Of a stretch of 53,780 nucleotides of DNA, positions 1-9,756 are shown one piece after another. Source of the stretch: a virus (lineage: Duplodnaviria; Caudoviricetes). How positions within the stretch are numbered: position 1 is the stretch's first letter; each line of letters begins with the position of its first letter. Where the stretch lies: positions 1-53,780 of the IMG/VR virus record IMGVR_UViG_3300036987_000130; one strand, given 5' to 3'. Both the position numbers and the translations under genes were made by a program. Under the pieces are notes generated by a model, which ran no database searches, was not told the origin of the DNA, and was given only the letters and a program-made list of their open reading frames with translations.

Positions 1-127
1 TTTTTAAAATAAGTCGAATCGTACCAGTGCTCCGGCCAGCCAAGTCCCGACGGCGCATCACAGAATACCCTCAGCAGAATTCCGTTCATGTCGGGCCGCA
101 CACGGGATATCTCCATCTTTACAATTC
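1..127. repeat. Terminal direct repeat, copy 1 (circular-assembly overlap)
   Basis: 1-127 is identical to 53654-53780. 127 bp is a typical assembler k-mer, and an ORF runs through the junction. Confidence 0.97.
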
Positions 128-1016
128 CCTCCGGACCGACCACATATGGATCGTCAAACGCCGTTTCCGGTGGGGGATAAAAGGTTTCATCTAAAAGAAC
201 GGCCTCTGTTTTTAAAAGCGTCCCGGAGACAGAATACCAGTACAGATTCTTGCTGCCCCCCCTGCATTCGCCATCAACCGCAACGCACAGGAGGCACTCT
301 CGCGGCTCCATCTCAAAACCGATAACCTTTGGTGAATCAAAAGCCTGCCCGGTGAACTGGACAACGACCCTGGACCCGACTTCAAAGGCAGCTCCGTTAC
401 AGTCCATGTACTCAATGGGTACAGACGTCAGGAATTCCGCCTCATTGATGGTGCGCCACGTTAAATATCCAGCGATACTTGCCGCCGCTGGATCAAGATT
501 TACCGAGCAGGTGTCCTCGGTTATCCCGGTTATAGTGCCTACGCGGTATGTGGGCATCCACCGCTGCCAGCCCGGTTTCATGGCCAGATTGTAGTATGCC
601 TGTTCTGCGGTCATCGCCATGATGTTTGTCAACTGGCCATCGCGGGCAGGGATATGAAACGCCTGGCCAGAATATCCTGGCCGGAGTAGAATCTTTTCAT
701 CGTCTCCATTAACTTCAACCGTACCGACCTCCCCGGACAAATCTTCGGTGCGATCCGCGCACCAAGCGTCAACGGTGGTGTCCGCAGGGATACTCTCAAT
801 ATACGCCTTCTGTTTTTGAAGGGATGCGAGCCTCAATTTCAACCCGGGAAGAACGTGTTTTGGATCCCCGACCGGCACGGCGTCAATCTCAGACTCCACC
901 TTGACAAGCCATGCGTTAATCTGCTCCAAAGCCCTTCCGGTTTTCCCCCGGTCAAAATTGATCTGCACGGAATAAAGCCCCGCCCCCTTATTTGTGATAA
1001 TTGTCCCCTTGCCCAT
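1..1016 (-). CDS. N-terminal part of an 826-aa tail-associated protein that continues across the circular junction into 53653..52189
   Basis: ATG at 1016 overlaps the upstream TAA (TAATG). Read by hand, the frame is open from 1016 (MGKGTIITNKGAGLYSVQINFDRGK...) to 116, which equals position 53769, the start of the 526-aa track ORF. Confidence 0.9.
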   Translation of the reverse strand, partial: MGKGTIITNKGAGLYSVQINFDRGKTGRALEQINAWLVKVESEIDAVPVGDPKHVLPGLKLRLASLQKQKAYIESIPADTTVDAWCADRTEDLSGEVGTVEVNGDDEKILLRPGYSGQAFHIPARDGQLTNIMAMTAEQAYYNLAMKPGWQRWMPTYRVGTITGITEDTCSVNLDPAAASIAGYLTWRTINEAEFLTSVPIEYMDCNGAAFEVGSRVVVQFTGQAFDSPKVIGFEMEPRECLLCVAVDGECRGGSKNLYWYSVSGTLLKTEAVLLDETFYPPPETAFDDPYVVGPEGIVKMEISRVRPDMNGILLRVFCDAPSGLGWPEHWYDSTYFK

Positions 1017-1888
1017 TATGCCGCCGCGTAAAGAGTGATTGATTTGTTCACTGATCCTTCATCAATCCGAATTCCTGAAATGGGAACCCTTGCAATTTCA
1101 AATATCCGCTGGCCGCCGCCCGAATAAACAAACCGTTGCAAGATCGCTATTTCGCCCCCGGCCCTGTCCGCGATCCCCTCTGCCTGATCCAGCGATGGGA
1201 CCACTACTTGCAGTCGCCTGGACCCGCCTTCGTCTATCGTGACCTGGAAGGAGCTGATAGGGACATCCAGGTCTGGGACCCCTTCCAGCCGCAAAGCACA
1301 AAGCACCACGGAAACAGCCTCACCGCCTATCTTTTCCAGGGATCGACATCCGCCGCCCGATACAGAAATGGCCGTGGCCCCCTGAACTCCCCATGTAAAA
1401 CCGGAGATCCCGCCGGACTGGATCACCTCACCGGAAGACCCCGGAACAAGCAACCCCGTTTTTTCAGGCGATCCCCCCGCGACTGAGACAGCCGGGTCAG
1501 CGAATATGTAAGTTGTCAGGGACCAGAAAGACAGGGCCCGAATAACGTAGCCCATAGCCTCGACCACAGCCGGGACGGATTCCACATAAAGGCCCGTAGG
1601 GCCAACCTCAGCCGTCGCCGGAAGTGTCCCTGGCGCCGGGGCAACCACTGAATCAAAGCCCCCCGCATAAATCCCTGAAAAGGGCTGCGCGTCATGAACA
1701 ACAGACAGCCCCCAGAGGTCCAGCGTCTTGTCCATTGACAGGGTGCAGAAAGGACTCCCGGCATAAACCCAATCAGCCAAAACCTTAAACTCGTTCTGTT
1801 TGGGGAGGACCGACGGCTCAACCCGCGCAATGGTCATAGGTATGGGGGTCAGGGAAAATGTTGACGGTTTCAGTTCGAATGTCGGCAT
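1016..1888 (-). CDS. Tail-tip/hub-like protein, shorter paralogue of 6428..7684
   Basis: Shares PISSFQ...VVVP with PMSSFQ...VTLP of the 418-aa protein and has two degenerate FxxLxxxxxGxPF motifs; lies in the tail module. Confidence 0.6.
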   Translation of the reverse strand: MPTFELKPSTFSLTPIPMTIARVEPSVLPKQNEFKVLADWVYAGSPFCTLSMDKTLDLWGLSVVHDAQPFSGIYAGGFDSVVAPAPGTLPATAEVGPTGLYVESVPAVVEAMGYVIRALSFWSLTTYIFADPAVSVAGGSPEKTGLLVPGSSGEVIQSGGISGFTWGVQGATAISVSGGGCRSLEKIGGEAVSVVLCALRLEGVPDLDVPISSFQVTIDEGGSRRLQVVVPSLDQAEGIADRAGGEIAILQRFVYSGGGQRIFEIARVPISGIRIDEGSVNKSITLYAAA

Positions 1889-1899
1889 TGACCGATTCC

Positions 1900-2337
1900 T
1901 TACGCCAGATAGAACAAGCCGTTAGTGATATCCAGCAGTAGCGACTGGCCATCATTCAGCGTCAATGACTCTCCATAGTCCCAAAAGCCTATTAACGGCT
2001 TAGGTATAGGGGACGTTGGCGTGTCATCATAAAGAACCATGTACCGGAACGGACCGATGCCGCCGGCGGTCGCCGTGACAGTAATATCGGTGGAGGCCGT
2101 CAAGGTAGTGACCCCATTTGCCATAGACCAGCCCGTGCCAGCGACAGTGTACCCACCGGTCGGATAGCCATTGGCAGCGGCCGGGGGGTAGTGCTGGAAT
2201 ACGAGATCAAGTCGGTCGTCATAATCCGCGTTCGGTGCCTTGTTGGTAAGGGCGATTTTCAAGGTGTCCGAACTCAAGTCGTAGCGTCCTTCCCCCATGT
2301 TTTTTAAAAATAGGTGATATTTTATAAGCAGGTCCAT
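1900..2337 (-). CDS. Small virion structural/adaptor protein, paralogue of 9757..10188
   Basis: DLSSDTLKIAL...GY..GG...GIGPFRYMVLYDDT...PLIGFWDYG aligns with DESSDVYKIIL...GY...DIGP...VIYNDT...PVAACVDFG. Confidence 0.7.
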   Translation of the reverse strand: MDLLIKYHLFLKNMGEGRYDLSSDTLKIALTNKAPNADYDDRLDLVFQHYPPAAANGYPTGGYTVAGTGWSMANGVTTLTASTDITVTATAGGIGPFRYMVLYDDTPTSPIPKPLIGFWDYGESLTLNDGQSLLLDITNGLFYLA

Positions 2338-2346
2338 GATCCCCCT

Positions 2347-4392
2347 TTATTCCTGGACGCAATCAAATGCCCGAAAAACTACGGAAGAGTTTAGATTGTC
2401 CGGGAAAGTCCATATCTGGATCTGGCACTCAACCACTCCGGACTCAGCCGGAGTAAAAGAGATTGTCCGCTTTTCCCATGTCATCGAGCGATTAATTTCA
2501 GTTTCGGAAGAAACCACATCAGCATCCATACCGGACAACTGCCAGCGAGGACATACCAGAGCTGCGGATAAATTGTATCCCGACGTGAAATACGAATATA
2601 CCCACAGGCTGGCCGTCACCTCAATGCCTGCCTTGACATAGACCCTGGCTACGGTGAATCTCGCCGCTGTCGCCATAGAAAAATGCCGGGATGGTGAAAC
2701 CCCCATGTACCACGAGCCTCCGGACTCATACTTTCTGCGGAAATCGCAATTGGACCGGACGTGGCTGTCCATCCGGAGAACGGCTGAGGTTTCGAACTCC
2801 GGCACTGCATCGGTGGACGCCCCCCAGGTGTCCTTGTCAAAAACAATGGCCCCGAATCGAACCATGGGCCCGGTCTGAGCACCCCAGACATTGCTATTGT
2901 TCTTGTAATGGGACCGCTTGATATAGGCGGTTATTGCGTACCCGCTGAAACCGATTAAATTGTCCAGATAAAATCGGTTCTCGTTGCTACGCAGGCCGGC
3001 CGATACGGCTTCCATTACTGTCCCGTAAAAAAGGTTTCGGTAGCTACTCTCCAATATTGGCTGACAAAGAGAAACGGCTATGGTGAACCGGCAATGATGC
3101 ACGTTATACAGGGCAAATGATCCCCCACGAATGCGGCCCAGAACATAGGTGTTAAAATACCCGGCTTGGATGTATCCCGCCTCCACGCAAGTGTTGATCA
3201 AGGGAACGGTTATGGTATTGAACGAACACCCGGTCCCGAAGTCCAGCGCCGTATAGCAACAGAACAATCCCTGTATTGAGACAGAACAGAACGTGGCATT
3301 GTAAAGATACACGCCGGAGGCACAGTTAACGAGCATGAAATAGTCAGCGATCACCACATAACTTTTGCTGGCTATCGAAAATCCCCGGTACATATCCCGC
3401 CAAACAGTCGTTCCGTCCTGCTCCCCGCTGGCAGGGTTCCAGCCCCCTGAAAAGGTGATGGGATTTCCTTCCGTTCCGCTGACCTGTGGTTCGTGATAAT
3501 ACCAATAATAGTCGTATTGATAAGCCACCCGCTTGTAGGCATTGACGGTTTCCACCACCTCATCGACCGGATAGTATCGGTCCGTCGTGTCCGGATCACA
3601 GGTAAACACCTCTCCGGTAGACAAGAAGCTATGGATCGCGTGCCAGTCGTAATCTCCGCCCTGAGCCTCAGAGCTTTTGGAGATAAGGTGGCTGAAGGTG
3701 ATACAGTCCGATGCGCCTACGGCCTTACATGCTGTAAAATTACAGAACTCAAGCACATATCCACCGGTAATAGGAGAACCTTCATGGTAGAGCGCAATTG
3801 ACCGAATCGAGGAACCTAATGCCGCCCCTTTATTGATCGTCCATCCTTGCTTGATATTGACGATGTTGTTTGAGATAACAAATGAATCAATAATCGTGTT
3901 TCCGCTTGTGTCCGAACACAGGCAAATCCTTACCTGGCCGGTATAGCTCCAATTTATTCCGCTTCGCTTGTACCGAAAAGAGAGTTGTTGATATGCCGAA
4001 AAATTTGTGGTGGCCGTCAGCGCTTGGTAAGCGGCTTTCCCGCCGGTAAAAGCACTCCCTATCTCAATTTTCCAGAACGATTCTGATGCAGGACCGTACA
4101 CCGGATCCACCGTACATATGACGTTTGCAGAGGCGGTCCACGCCACATGAGGCTCGGCAAGTGGAACAAGTTTGATTGACGTCGGGTCTGGCAGAACAAA
4201 CGCATAATTATAATTCTTCCAGTCCACAGAGCCGATCAAAACAGGGTCAGGCGACTTCGCCATTCGGATCGTGTCGCCTGGGGCAATCTTTCCGACCGCT
4301 GCGCCATAGTTCACTGTGGCCCAGGGCGTGCTCCAGGACAGGCCATCATTGGCATCGTTTCCTGTAAGCGGGTTGATAAAATATGTGGTCAT
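2347..4392 (-). CDS. Beta-helix (pectin-lyase-like) tailspike-like protein, paralogue 3
   Basis: N-terminal GNDANDG.SW..PW...APGDTI..AKSPDP cap, G/N/C-rich periodic middle, C-terminal SFTPAESGVVE. Confidence 0.7.
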   Translation of the reverse strand: MTTYFINPLTGNDANDGLSWSTPWATVNYGAAVGKIAPGDTIRMAKSPDPVLIGSVDWKNYNYAFVLPDPTSIKLVPLAEPHVAWTASANVICTVDPVYGPASESFWKIEIGSAFTGGKAAYQALTATTNFSAYQQLSFRYKRSGINWSYTGQVRICLCSDTSGNTIIDSFVISNNIVNIKQGWTINKGAALGSSIRSIALYHEGSPITGGYVLEFCNFTACKAVGASDCITFSHLISKSSEAQGGDYDWHAIHSFLSTGEVFTCDPDTTDRYYPVDEVVETVNAYKRVAYQYDYYWYYHEPQVSGTEGNPITFSGGWNPASGEQDGTTVWRDMYRGFSIASKSYVVIADYFMLVNCASGVYLYNATFCSVSIQGLFCCYTALDFGTGCSFNTITVPLINTCVEAGYIQAGYFNTYVLGRIRGGSFALYNVHHCRFTIAVSLCQPILESSYRNLFYGTVMEAVSAGLRSNENRFYLDNLIGFSGYAITAYIKRSHYKNNSNVWGAQTGPMVRFGAIVFDKDTWGASTDAVPEFETSAVLRMDSHVRSNCDFRRKYESGGSWYMGVSPSRHFSMATAARFTVARVYVKAGIEVTASLWVYSYFTSGYNLSAALVCPRWQLSGMDADVVSSETEINRSMTWEKRTISFTPAESGVVECQIQIWTFPDNLNSSVVFRAFDCVQE

Positions 4393-4394
4393 TT

Positions 4395-6431
4395 TTAGGC
4401 CGCCTGTGAATAGTGGATATTATCGACATACAGGCTGTATGTGGTCCCGCCGCACGCCTGAGCCATGACCTCCACAACGGCGGATTCCGTCGGGGTGAAC
4501 GACAGAGACAACTGCTCCCAGACGCCCGCATCGGCGGTAACATCATCCACCAAGTCGGCATCGCCAATACCGTCAATGCACCGGCCCTGAATGAACAACC
4601 GCCCGCTTAGGGCAACATTGTCCCGCATAAACCAACAGGTGATTGACACTATCTTGTTGGCATAAACCGGTATCTTCGCCAGAGATAATGATACCGGCAT
4701 CCAATAGCTTCCGCGAATGGCGTGGGTGGGTGACAACCTCCACGCGATCCCTGGCGCATTGCTTTGACGAATGGCTGTTTGGGACAGAACCTGCCCGCCG
4801 TCCATGTAAATCCGGTTGTCCTGAATATCTCCGCCGACTCTTTCACAATACAGTCGGGTATCCGCATACTTGGTAAGCGAAAAAACAAACGGGACCGAAT
4901 CAAGGAACGTACATCGTTTGAGATAGGCAGCCGTTGAAAAATCGGCAGCAGATATGCCGCCCGAAGCATTCCCGGCGAACTCCGCATCATACAGGGTGTT
5001 GTTGATAACCTCCCCCCCCATGTACAGGCCATAATTGCCGGAGTTCTTCACGTTAGCGACCCGTAAAGTGTTCTCCCCAGAAGTCCTGTGGAAATGAAGG
5101 TTGGTAGATCCGTTGTTGCAGATATTCTCGGCAAAAAGGAAATTCCAGCAGACCTCCTCCAGGTAAACGCCGTACTGGATATTGTTGTTCACGTTTCCCA
5201 GAACTAAATCGTTACCTGTGCTCCAATAGGTGGCAGTAATACCGCCGGTTGCATTGTTGATGACATTCTTTATGTCTATCAGGTTCCCTATTTTAGCGTA
5301 CAGCTCTACTCCATAGGCGACACTCCCGGCCACGGTTTGGGCATAGACCTGACAAGAGGCCCCCATCCGGAACCCCGTACTTCCCCGGACGGGATTGACC
5401 CGATTGGCAAGCACAAAACTTCTTTCAGACAGAACCAGCCCTGTTCCATACGGCCCCGCCCCGAAGTCATAAAATGTTTCGCCGTCCTGTAGCCCTGTTG
5501 CGGGATCATATCCCCCCTGGAATGATATCAAGGCTCCCGCCACGCCGCTATCTTGCACCGCGCATTCAGTCGCCCGTACCGTCCTGAACCCCTGGCGTTG
5601 ATAGGTGGCCACGGTTTCGGTAATCCCGAAATACCCGCGACCGGCGCTTGCTATGGTTTGAGGGCCGTTATCCAAAAAGATAACCGTACCGTTTATGCTC
5701 TGGACCGGATACCAGCCCTCAGCGCCGCCCGCCGCCAATGCGTTTTTAGAAATTACGCTGGTAAGTGATAGGTCGTTACAGGCCAAAACATTATCCAGCG
5801 ACACACTGACCACGCCCGGATCGGACACCGCATACAGCGCCACCGACTGAATTGACGCCCCCAGAGCCGACCCTTTATTGACAGTGACCGGGAAAAACAG
5901 ATTGATGTACGCCGCTGAGACACCCGGAAGGAAAAACTCATCAACTATCGTATCGCCGGAAGCATCAGAACACAGGCACAACTTGAACACTCCACCGGCG
6001 ATAACCGCACTGGTCCGAAGCTGAAAAGACAATTTTTGGAAGGCTGAATAATCGACCGCACCACCGATTGACTTGTACGCCACCTTCCCGGTCGTGAACG
6101 CATCCGCGATATTGAGCTGGACGTTATGCGTCCCCTCCTTCCTGGCCGTTGTGGAGATCGACCCAGAAACATTGGCAGCATACGACCACACGGCATTGCA
6201 AAGGTCCACGTTGAGAGTAAGGGCGGATTCAAGCGTCACGACTTTGGACAAATTATTCCACGTTGCGTTTCCGATGCCAGTCGGGTCTGGGGATTTTGCT
6301 ATCTTGATCGTATCGCCGGGGGCTATCCTGGCAGCGGTAGCCCCTAAATCCATTGACTGCCACGCCTCAGCCCATGAAGTTCCTGGCGCGGCGTCATTCC
6401 CGGATTCAGGATGGATGTAAAAAATGGTCAT
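4395..6431 (-). CDS. Beta-helix tailspike-like protein, paralogue 2
   Basis: Same architecture: GND...GATAARIAPGDTIKIAKSPDP, Asn-ladder repeats, SFTPTESAVVE. Confidence 0.72.
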   Translation of the reverse strand: MTIFYIHPESGNDAAPGTSWAEAWQSMDLGATAARIAPGDTIKIAKSPDPTGIGNATWNNLSKVVTLESALTLNVDLCNAVWSYAANVSGSISTTARKEGTHNVQLNIADAFTTGKVAYKSIGGAVDYSAFQKLSFQLRTSAVIAGGVFKLCLCSDASGDTIVDEFFLPGVSAAYINLFFPVTVNKGSALGASIQSVALYAVSDPGVVSVSLDNVLACNDLSLTSVISKNALAAGGAEGWYPVQSINGTVIFLDNGPQTIASAGRGYFGITETVATYQRQGFRTVRATECAVQDSGVAGALISFQGGYDPATGLQDGETFYDFGAGPYGTGLVLSERSFVLANRVNPVRGSTGFRMGASCQVYAQTVAGSVAYGVELYAKIGNLIDIKNVINNATGGITATYWSTGNDLVLGNVNNNIQYGVYLEEVCWNFLFAENICNNGSTNLHFHRTSGENTLRVANVKNSGNYGLYMGGEVINNTLYDAEFAGNASGGISAADFSTAAYLKRCTFLDSVPFVFSLTKYADTRLYCERVGGDIQDNRIYMDGGQVLSQTAIRQSNAPGIAWRLSPTHAIRGSYWMPVSLSLAKIPVYANKIVSITCWFMRDNVALSGRLFIQGRCIDGIGDADLVDDVTADAGVWEQLSLSFTPTESAVVEVMAQACGGTTYSLYVDNIHYSQAA

Positions 6432-7684
6432 GAAACAGTTCCCCTGATATCCATCGACGCGCCATAAATGGGTGAAAGCGAGTAGGATATTGATTCCACG
6501 GCAAGGGTTTCCCCATCAAAAGAAGCGAAATCCCCCGGCTGCAAGTATAAATCCACGACAGGCGACCGCAGGGTTTCCATCCCCGCATAATTCATCCGAT
6601 AACTGACCCCGGAAAGCGCCAGATATTGCGGGTTCTCCCTCTCAGGATCAATCCAATATCCGGAGAGGACAATGTTCTGCTCGTCTGCATTTCCCGTCAC
6701 GACAACCGATGCAAGCGGGGCCGTAAACAAAACCTCACGTTGCCAGACAACACCCCCGGCAACTGCGCACAAGACCACAGAGAATGTCCCAAGCCCGGCT
6801 TGAAGTAGAACTCCCTCCACCCTCTGAATACCAGGCAGAGTAACCGTTGCGAATGAAGGCTCCGCCACTCGCTTCCTGGCCTGAAAGGAAGACATGGGGA
6901 AAAGCTGAGGAATATTTCCGGGACCAGATATCCAGCACTCGTAAGACCGCTGCCAAACATCCGCCCCCTGGAATCCTCTCACTGATAAACCGGGACCAGC
7001 CTGAACCTCGACCATGGCTGGCGGCGAAACAATAAGCCCGAAAGAGCGAAGCCCGGCGATTTCCGACCCCGTTATAAGTCCGACAGAAACAGGGAGCATA
7101 GCGGCCCTGAAGCCCGCGAAGCTCCCTGAGACATCCAGCCGACCGGGGAGGGGGACCAGCGCCCCGCTTGCTTGCCTGACCGACTTTGCTTGCCCTTGAG
7201 CGACAACAGAGCCGGGGGTTGCCGGGACGCCCTTCCCGACAGATAAAACCCGGCCTTGCGCGTATGCGTAGCCCTTGGCGGCTACAAGAGACTGATTAGA
7301 AAAGGTGACAAGGGTTGGAGCAAACGGACCGCCCAAAGACGGCCAGTCCAGGCCGAAAAAAGCCATTTCCGGGTCCGTCCTCCCCTCCATGAAAGGCACC
7401 CCTTGATACGGGATGTCTAAGGTTTTAAAAATCGGGGTGAGGGTTCGAATCTGAGGGGGGACAAAGGAGATGTCGCCAACGACCATAGACGCGGGCAACT
7501 CGGCCCACGCCCCGACAACTTGATGCCCCTTGACGCTGGTGGTGCCAGCAAACGGCTCCCCGCAAAAGGCCGTATTCAGGCCATGAAAGGAACCTACTTG
7601 CGGCGGAAAGGCCGCATCGTTAAAGGGAACCCCTCTAAACGCCCATTCAAGCCCCTTGAAGTCAGAATGTGCCGGAAGCGACAT
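6428..7684 (-). CDS. Tail-tip/hub-like protein with four N-terminal FxxLxxxxxGxPF repeats
   Basis: Repeats FKGLEWAFRGVPF, FHGLNTAFCGEPF, FKTLDIPYQGVPF, FFGLDWPSLGGPF; the C-terminal DLYLQPGD...VESISY resembles tail hub proteins. Confidence 0.6.
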   Translation of the reverse strand: MSLPAHSDFKGLEWAFRGVPFNDAAFPPQVGSFHGLNTAFCGEPFAGTTSVKGHQVVGAWAELPASMVVGDISFVPPQIRTLTPIFKTLDIPYQGVPFMEGRTDPEMAFFGLDWPSLGGPFAPTLVTFSNQSLVAAKGYAYAQGRVLSVGKGVPATPGSVVAQGQAKSVRQASGALVPLPGRLDVSGSFAGFRAAMLPVSVGLITGSEIAGLRSFGLIVSPPAMVEVQAGPGLSVRGFQGADVWQRSYECWISGPGNIPQLFPMSSFQARKRVAEPSFATVTLPGIQRVEGVLLQAGLGTFSVVLCAVAGGVVWQREVLFTAPLASVVVTGNADEQNIVLSGYWIDPERENPQYLALSGVSYRMNYAGMETLRSPVVDLYLQPGDFASFDGETLAVESISYSLSPIYGASMDIRGTVS

Positions 7685-7692
7685 GGCTGCCC

Positions 7693-9744
7693 TTAAACCT
7701 GATAATAGTCAATATCATCGACAACCGCGTAATAAGCGGTTCCGCCGTATGCGATAGCCATGATTTCCACGACGCCCGCCTCTGTCGGGGTGAAAGTGAT
7801 AGACCTCTGCTCCCATGCGTCCACAGATGACAAATTGGAAGAAAGGACATCCGCCGACACCCCCGCGATCTGTGACCCTCGGCACAAGATATTGGCCTGG
7901 ATACCGGCATTGCTTCTCAACAGCCATGCTGTAAAAGTGACCTGGGCGTTGGCATAGACAGCCAGCCTGGCAATGGGCATCCAAACGGGATACTGGATTG
8001 TCCCCCGATTGGCATGAGTCGGATACAGCGCCCACGCCAAACCAGAGGCGGTATGCCGGATTGCCGTCTGTGACTTTATGTAGCCCCCGTCCGTGTATGT
8101 GTAATTATTTTCCGCTGATCCGTCCTGCTTGTCGGAGGCCAGTCTGGAATTGCCCCATGCCACCTGGCTGGCGACCTTGACGGTTTCCCCTAATGTGCAG
8201 CCTCTCAGCAGGTTATTTCCGAGGGACGCATGTGAGATCGCCCCGGAGGAATTCCCGGAAGTCGTCAGTCCCGACACAACAATGCTTTTACTGAGCGTGA
8301 TAAATTCCAGACCATAAGCGGCACCGTCTTTACTCTCCTGAATTTCAGCCAACAAATCATACGTCAAGGCCCCGAATGAAATATTTGCCGAGCCGTTGTT
8401 GTTGGCCTTGCCCGCCGTTATCCGGTTGCCGCTGTAGCAGGCCGCCGTATTGATCCCATTGGTAAGGTTGTTGCTGGCCATGCCGATTGTGACCTCGCAA
8501 GCCAGACAGGTAGCGGACATCGAAATGCCGGTAGTGACATTGTTAATAAGCCCGACAAAATTGGCCTTGCAGCGGATTCCTCCTGCAATGGACAATCCGG
8601 ACCACGCGCATCCGCATAGCGTGTGGCCATAAACCTCGCATTCAGTAGATGCGCTGAGGGTAACACCCGTTTGCGCCCGAACCATATTGAGCCGGTTTAG
8701 CTTCACATAGTTCTTGCTGGTTAAGTCCAGACCCGCACCGATACCTGTACCCACATCAAAGAAGGTTTCGCCATTCTGCGTGTCGGTTCCCGGGTTGTAC
8801 CCTCCCTCAAAATTAATCAGGCTCCCCGATGCCCCAGAATCCTGAATCGCGCAATCAGTGGTTGTTACCGTCCTGAAACATTCCCGCTTATAGGTGGTCA
8901 CCGTTTCCGTTGGCGAGCTTGCCCCGCGTCCCGCAGTCGCAATCGTAGCCGCGCCGTTGTCTATCAGGACTGTGGTTCCGTTAATAGACTGGATGGGATA
9001 CCACGGCTCTGCCCCGCCTGTAGCCAGAGAATTCTTGGATATCAAGCTGGTTAAGGAAAGGGAATCCGCCGAACCAACAGCCTTGACCGCAATAATATTG
9101 TCGATCATCAGAATGGCTGCGCCCGGATCAGTAATGGCATATATGGCTACGGAGTTGATGGCTGACCCCAGCGCCGACCCTTTGTTAAGGGTATATGGTT
9201 TGAAAACAGCAACCTGAGCGGTCTCGCACGCGGGGATGATAAACTCATCAACGATTGAACTTCCGGATGAGTCCGAGCAGAGACATATTTTAAGTGCGTT
9301 GTCCGCAAACACCAGGCTGTTACGAAACCAAAAGGAAATCTGCTGATATCCAGACAAATCAAGCTGAGCCGGCAACTGCTTATACCCTACCTTGCCGGTT
9401 GTGAATGCTGTTGCGATTGTCAGGGTTACATTGGCTGAACCTTCTTTTCTGCCGGTTGTCGGCAGCGAGGCGGTAACATCCGCACTGGCCGCCCACGCGG
9501 AGTCGCAATTGTCGATGGTTTCCGTCTTGGCCGCCGCGAGCGTGACGGTTTTGCTGTTCAGGTTCCATGTTGCGTCTCCGACCGAGGTCGGGTCCGGAGA
9601 CTTGGCTATCTTGATCGTGTCGCCGGGGGCAATGCGAGCAGCGGTAGCACCGGTTTTGATGGTCTTCCAGGCATAGCTGGCCCCCCATGCCGATCCGTCG
9701 TTGGCATCTGACCCTAACACGGGGTCTATACAAAATGTAGGCAT
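7693..9744 (-). CDS. Beta-helix tailspike-like protein, paralogue 1
   Basis: GSDANDG..W...WKT...GATAARIAPGDTIKIAKSPDP, Asn-rich helix repeats, TFTPTEAGVVE. Confidence 0.72.
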   Translation of the reverse strand: MPTFCIDPVLGSDANDGSAWGASYAWKTIKTGATAARIAPGDTIKIAKSPDPTSVGDATWNLNSKTVTLAAAKTETIDNCDSAWAASADVTASLPTTGRKEGSANVTLTIATAFTTGKVGYKQLPAQLDLSGYQQISFWFRNSLVFADNALKICLCSDSSGSSIVDEFIIPACETAQVAVFKPYTLNKGSALGSAINSVAIYAITDPGAAILMIDNIIAVKAVGSADSLSLTSLISKNSLATGGAEPWYPIQSINGTTVLIDNGAATIATAGRGASSPTETVTTYKRECFRTVTTTDCAIQDSGASGSLINFEGGYNPGTDTQNGETFFDVGTGIGAGLDLTSKNYVKLNRLNMVRAQTGVTLSASTECEVYGHTLCGCAWSGLSIAGGIRCKANFVGLINNVTTGISMSATCLACEVTIGMASNNLTNGINTAACYSGNRITAGKANNNGSANISFGALTYDLLAEIQESKDGAAYGLEFITLSKSIVVSGLTTSGNSSGAISHASLGNNLLRGCTLGETVKVASQVAWGNSRLASDKQDGSAENNYTYTDGGYIKSQTAIRHTASGLAWALYPTHANRGTIQYPVWMPIARLAVYANAQVTFTAWLLRSNAGIQANILCRGSQIAGVSADVLSSNLSSVDAWEQRSITFTPTEAGVVEIMAIAYGGTAYYAVVDDIDYYQV

Positions 9745-9756
9745 CCCCTCAACTCC

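Noticed and set aside
1-127. Biological terminal repeat or att duplication
   Set aside because: The length matches a common assembly k-mer and it falls mid-gene, so it is best explained as circular overlap.
2347-9744. Diversity-generating retroelement or invertible tail-fibre switch
   Set aside because: No reverse transcriptase or invertase is recognisable, the genes share one orientation, and the DNA similarity looks like old paralogy rather than adenine-specific TR/VR pairs.
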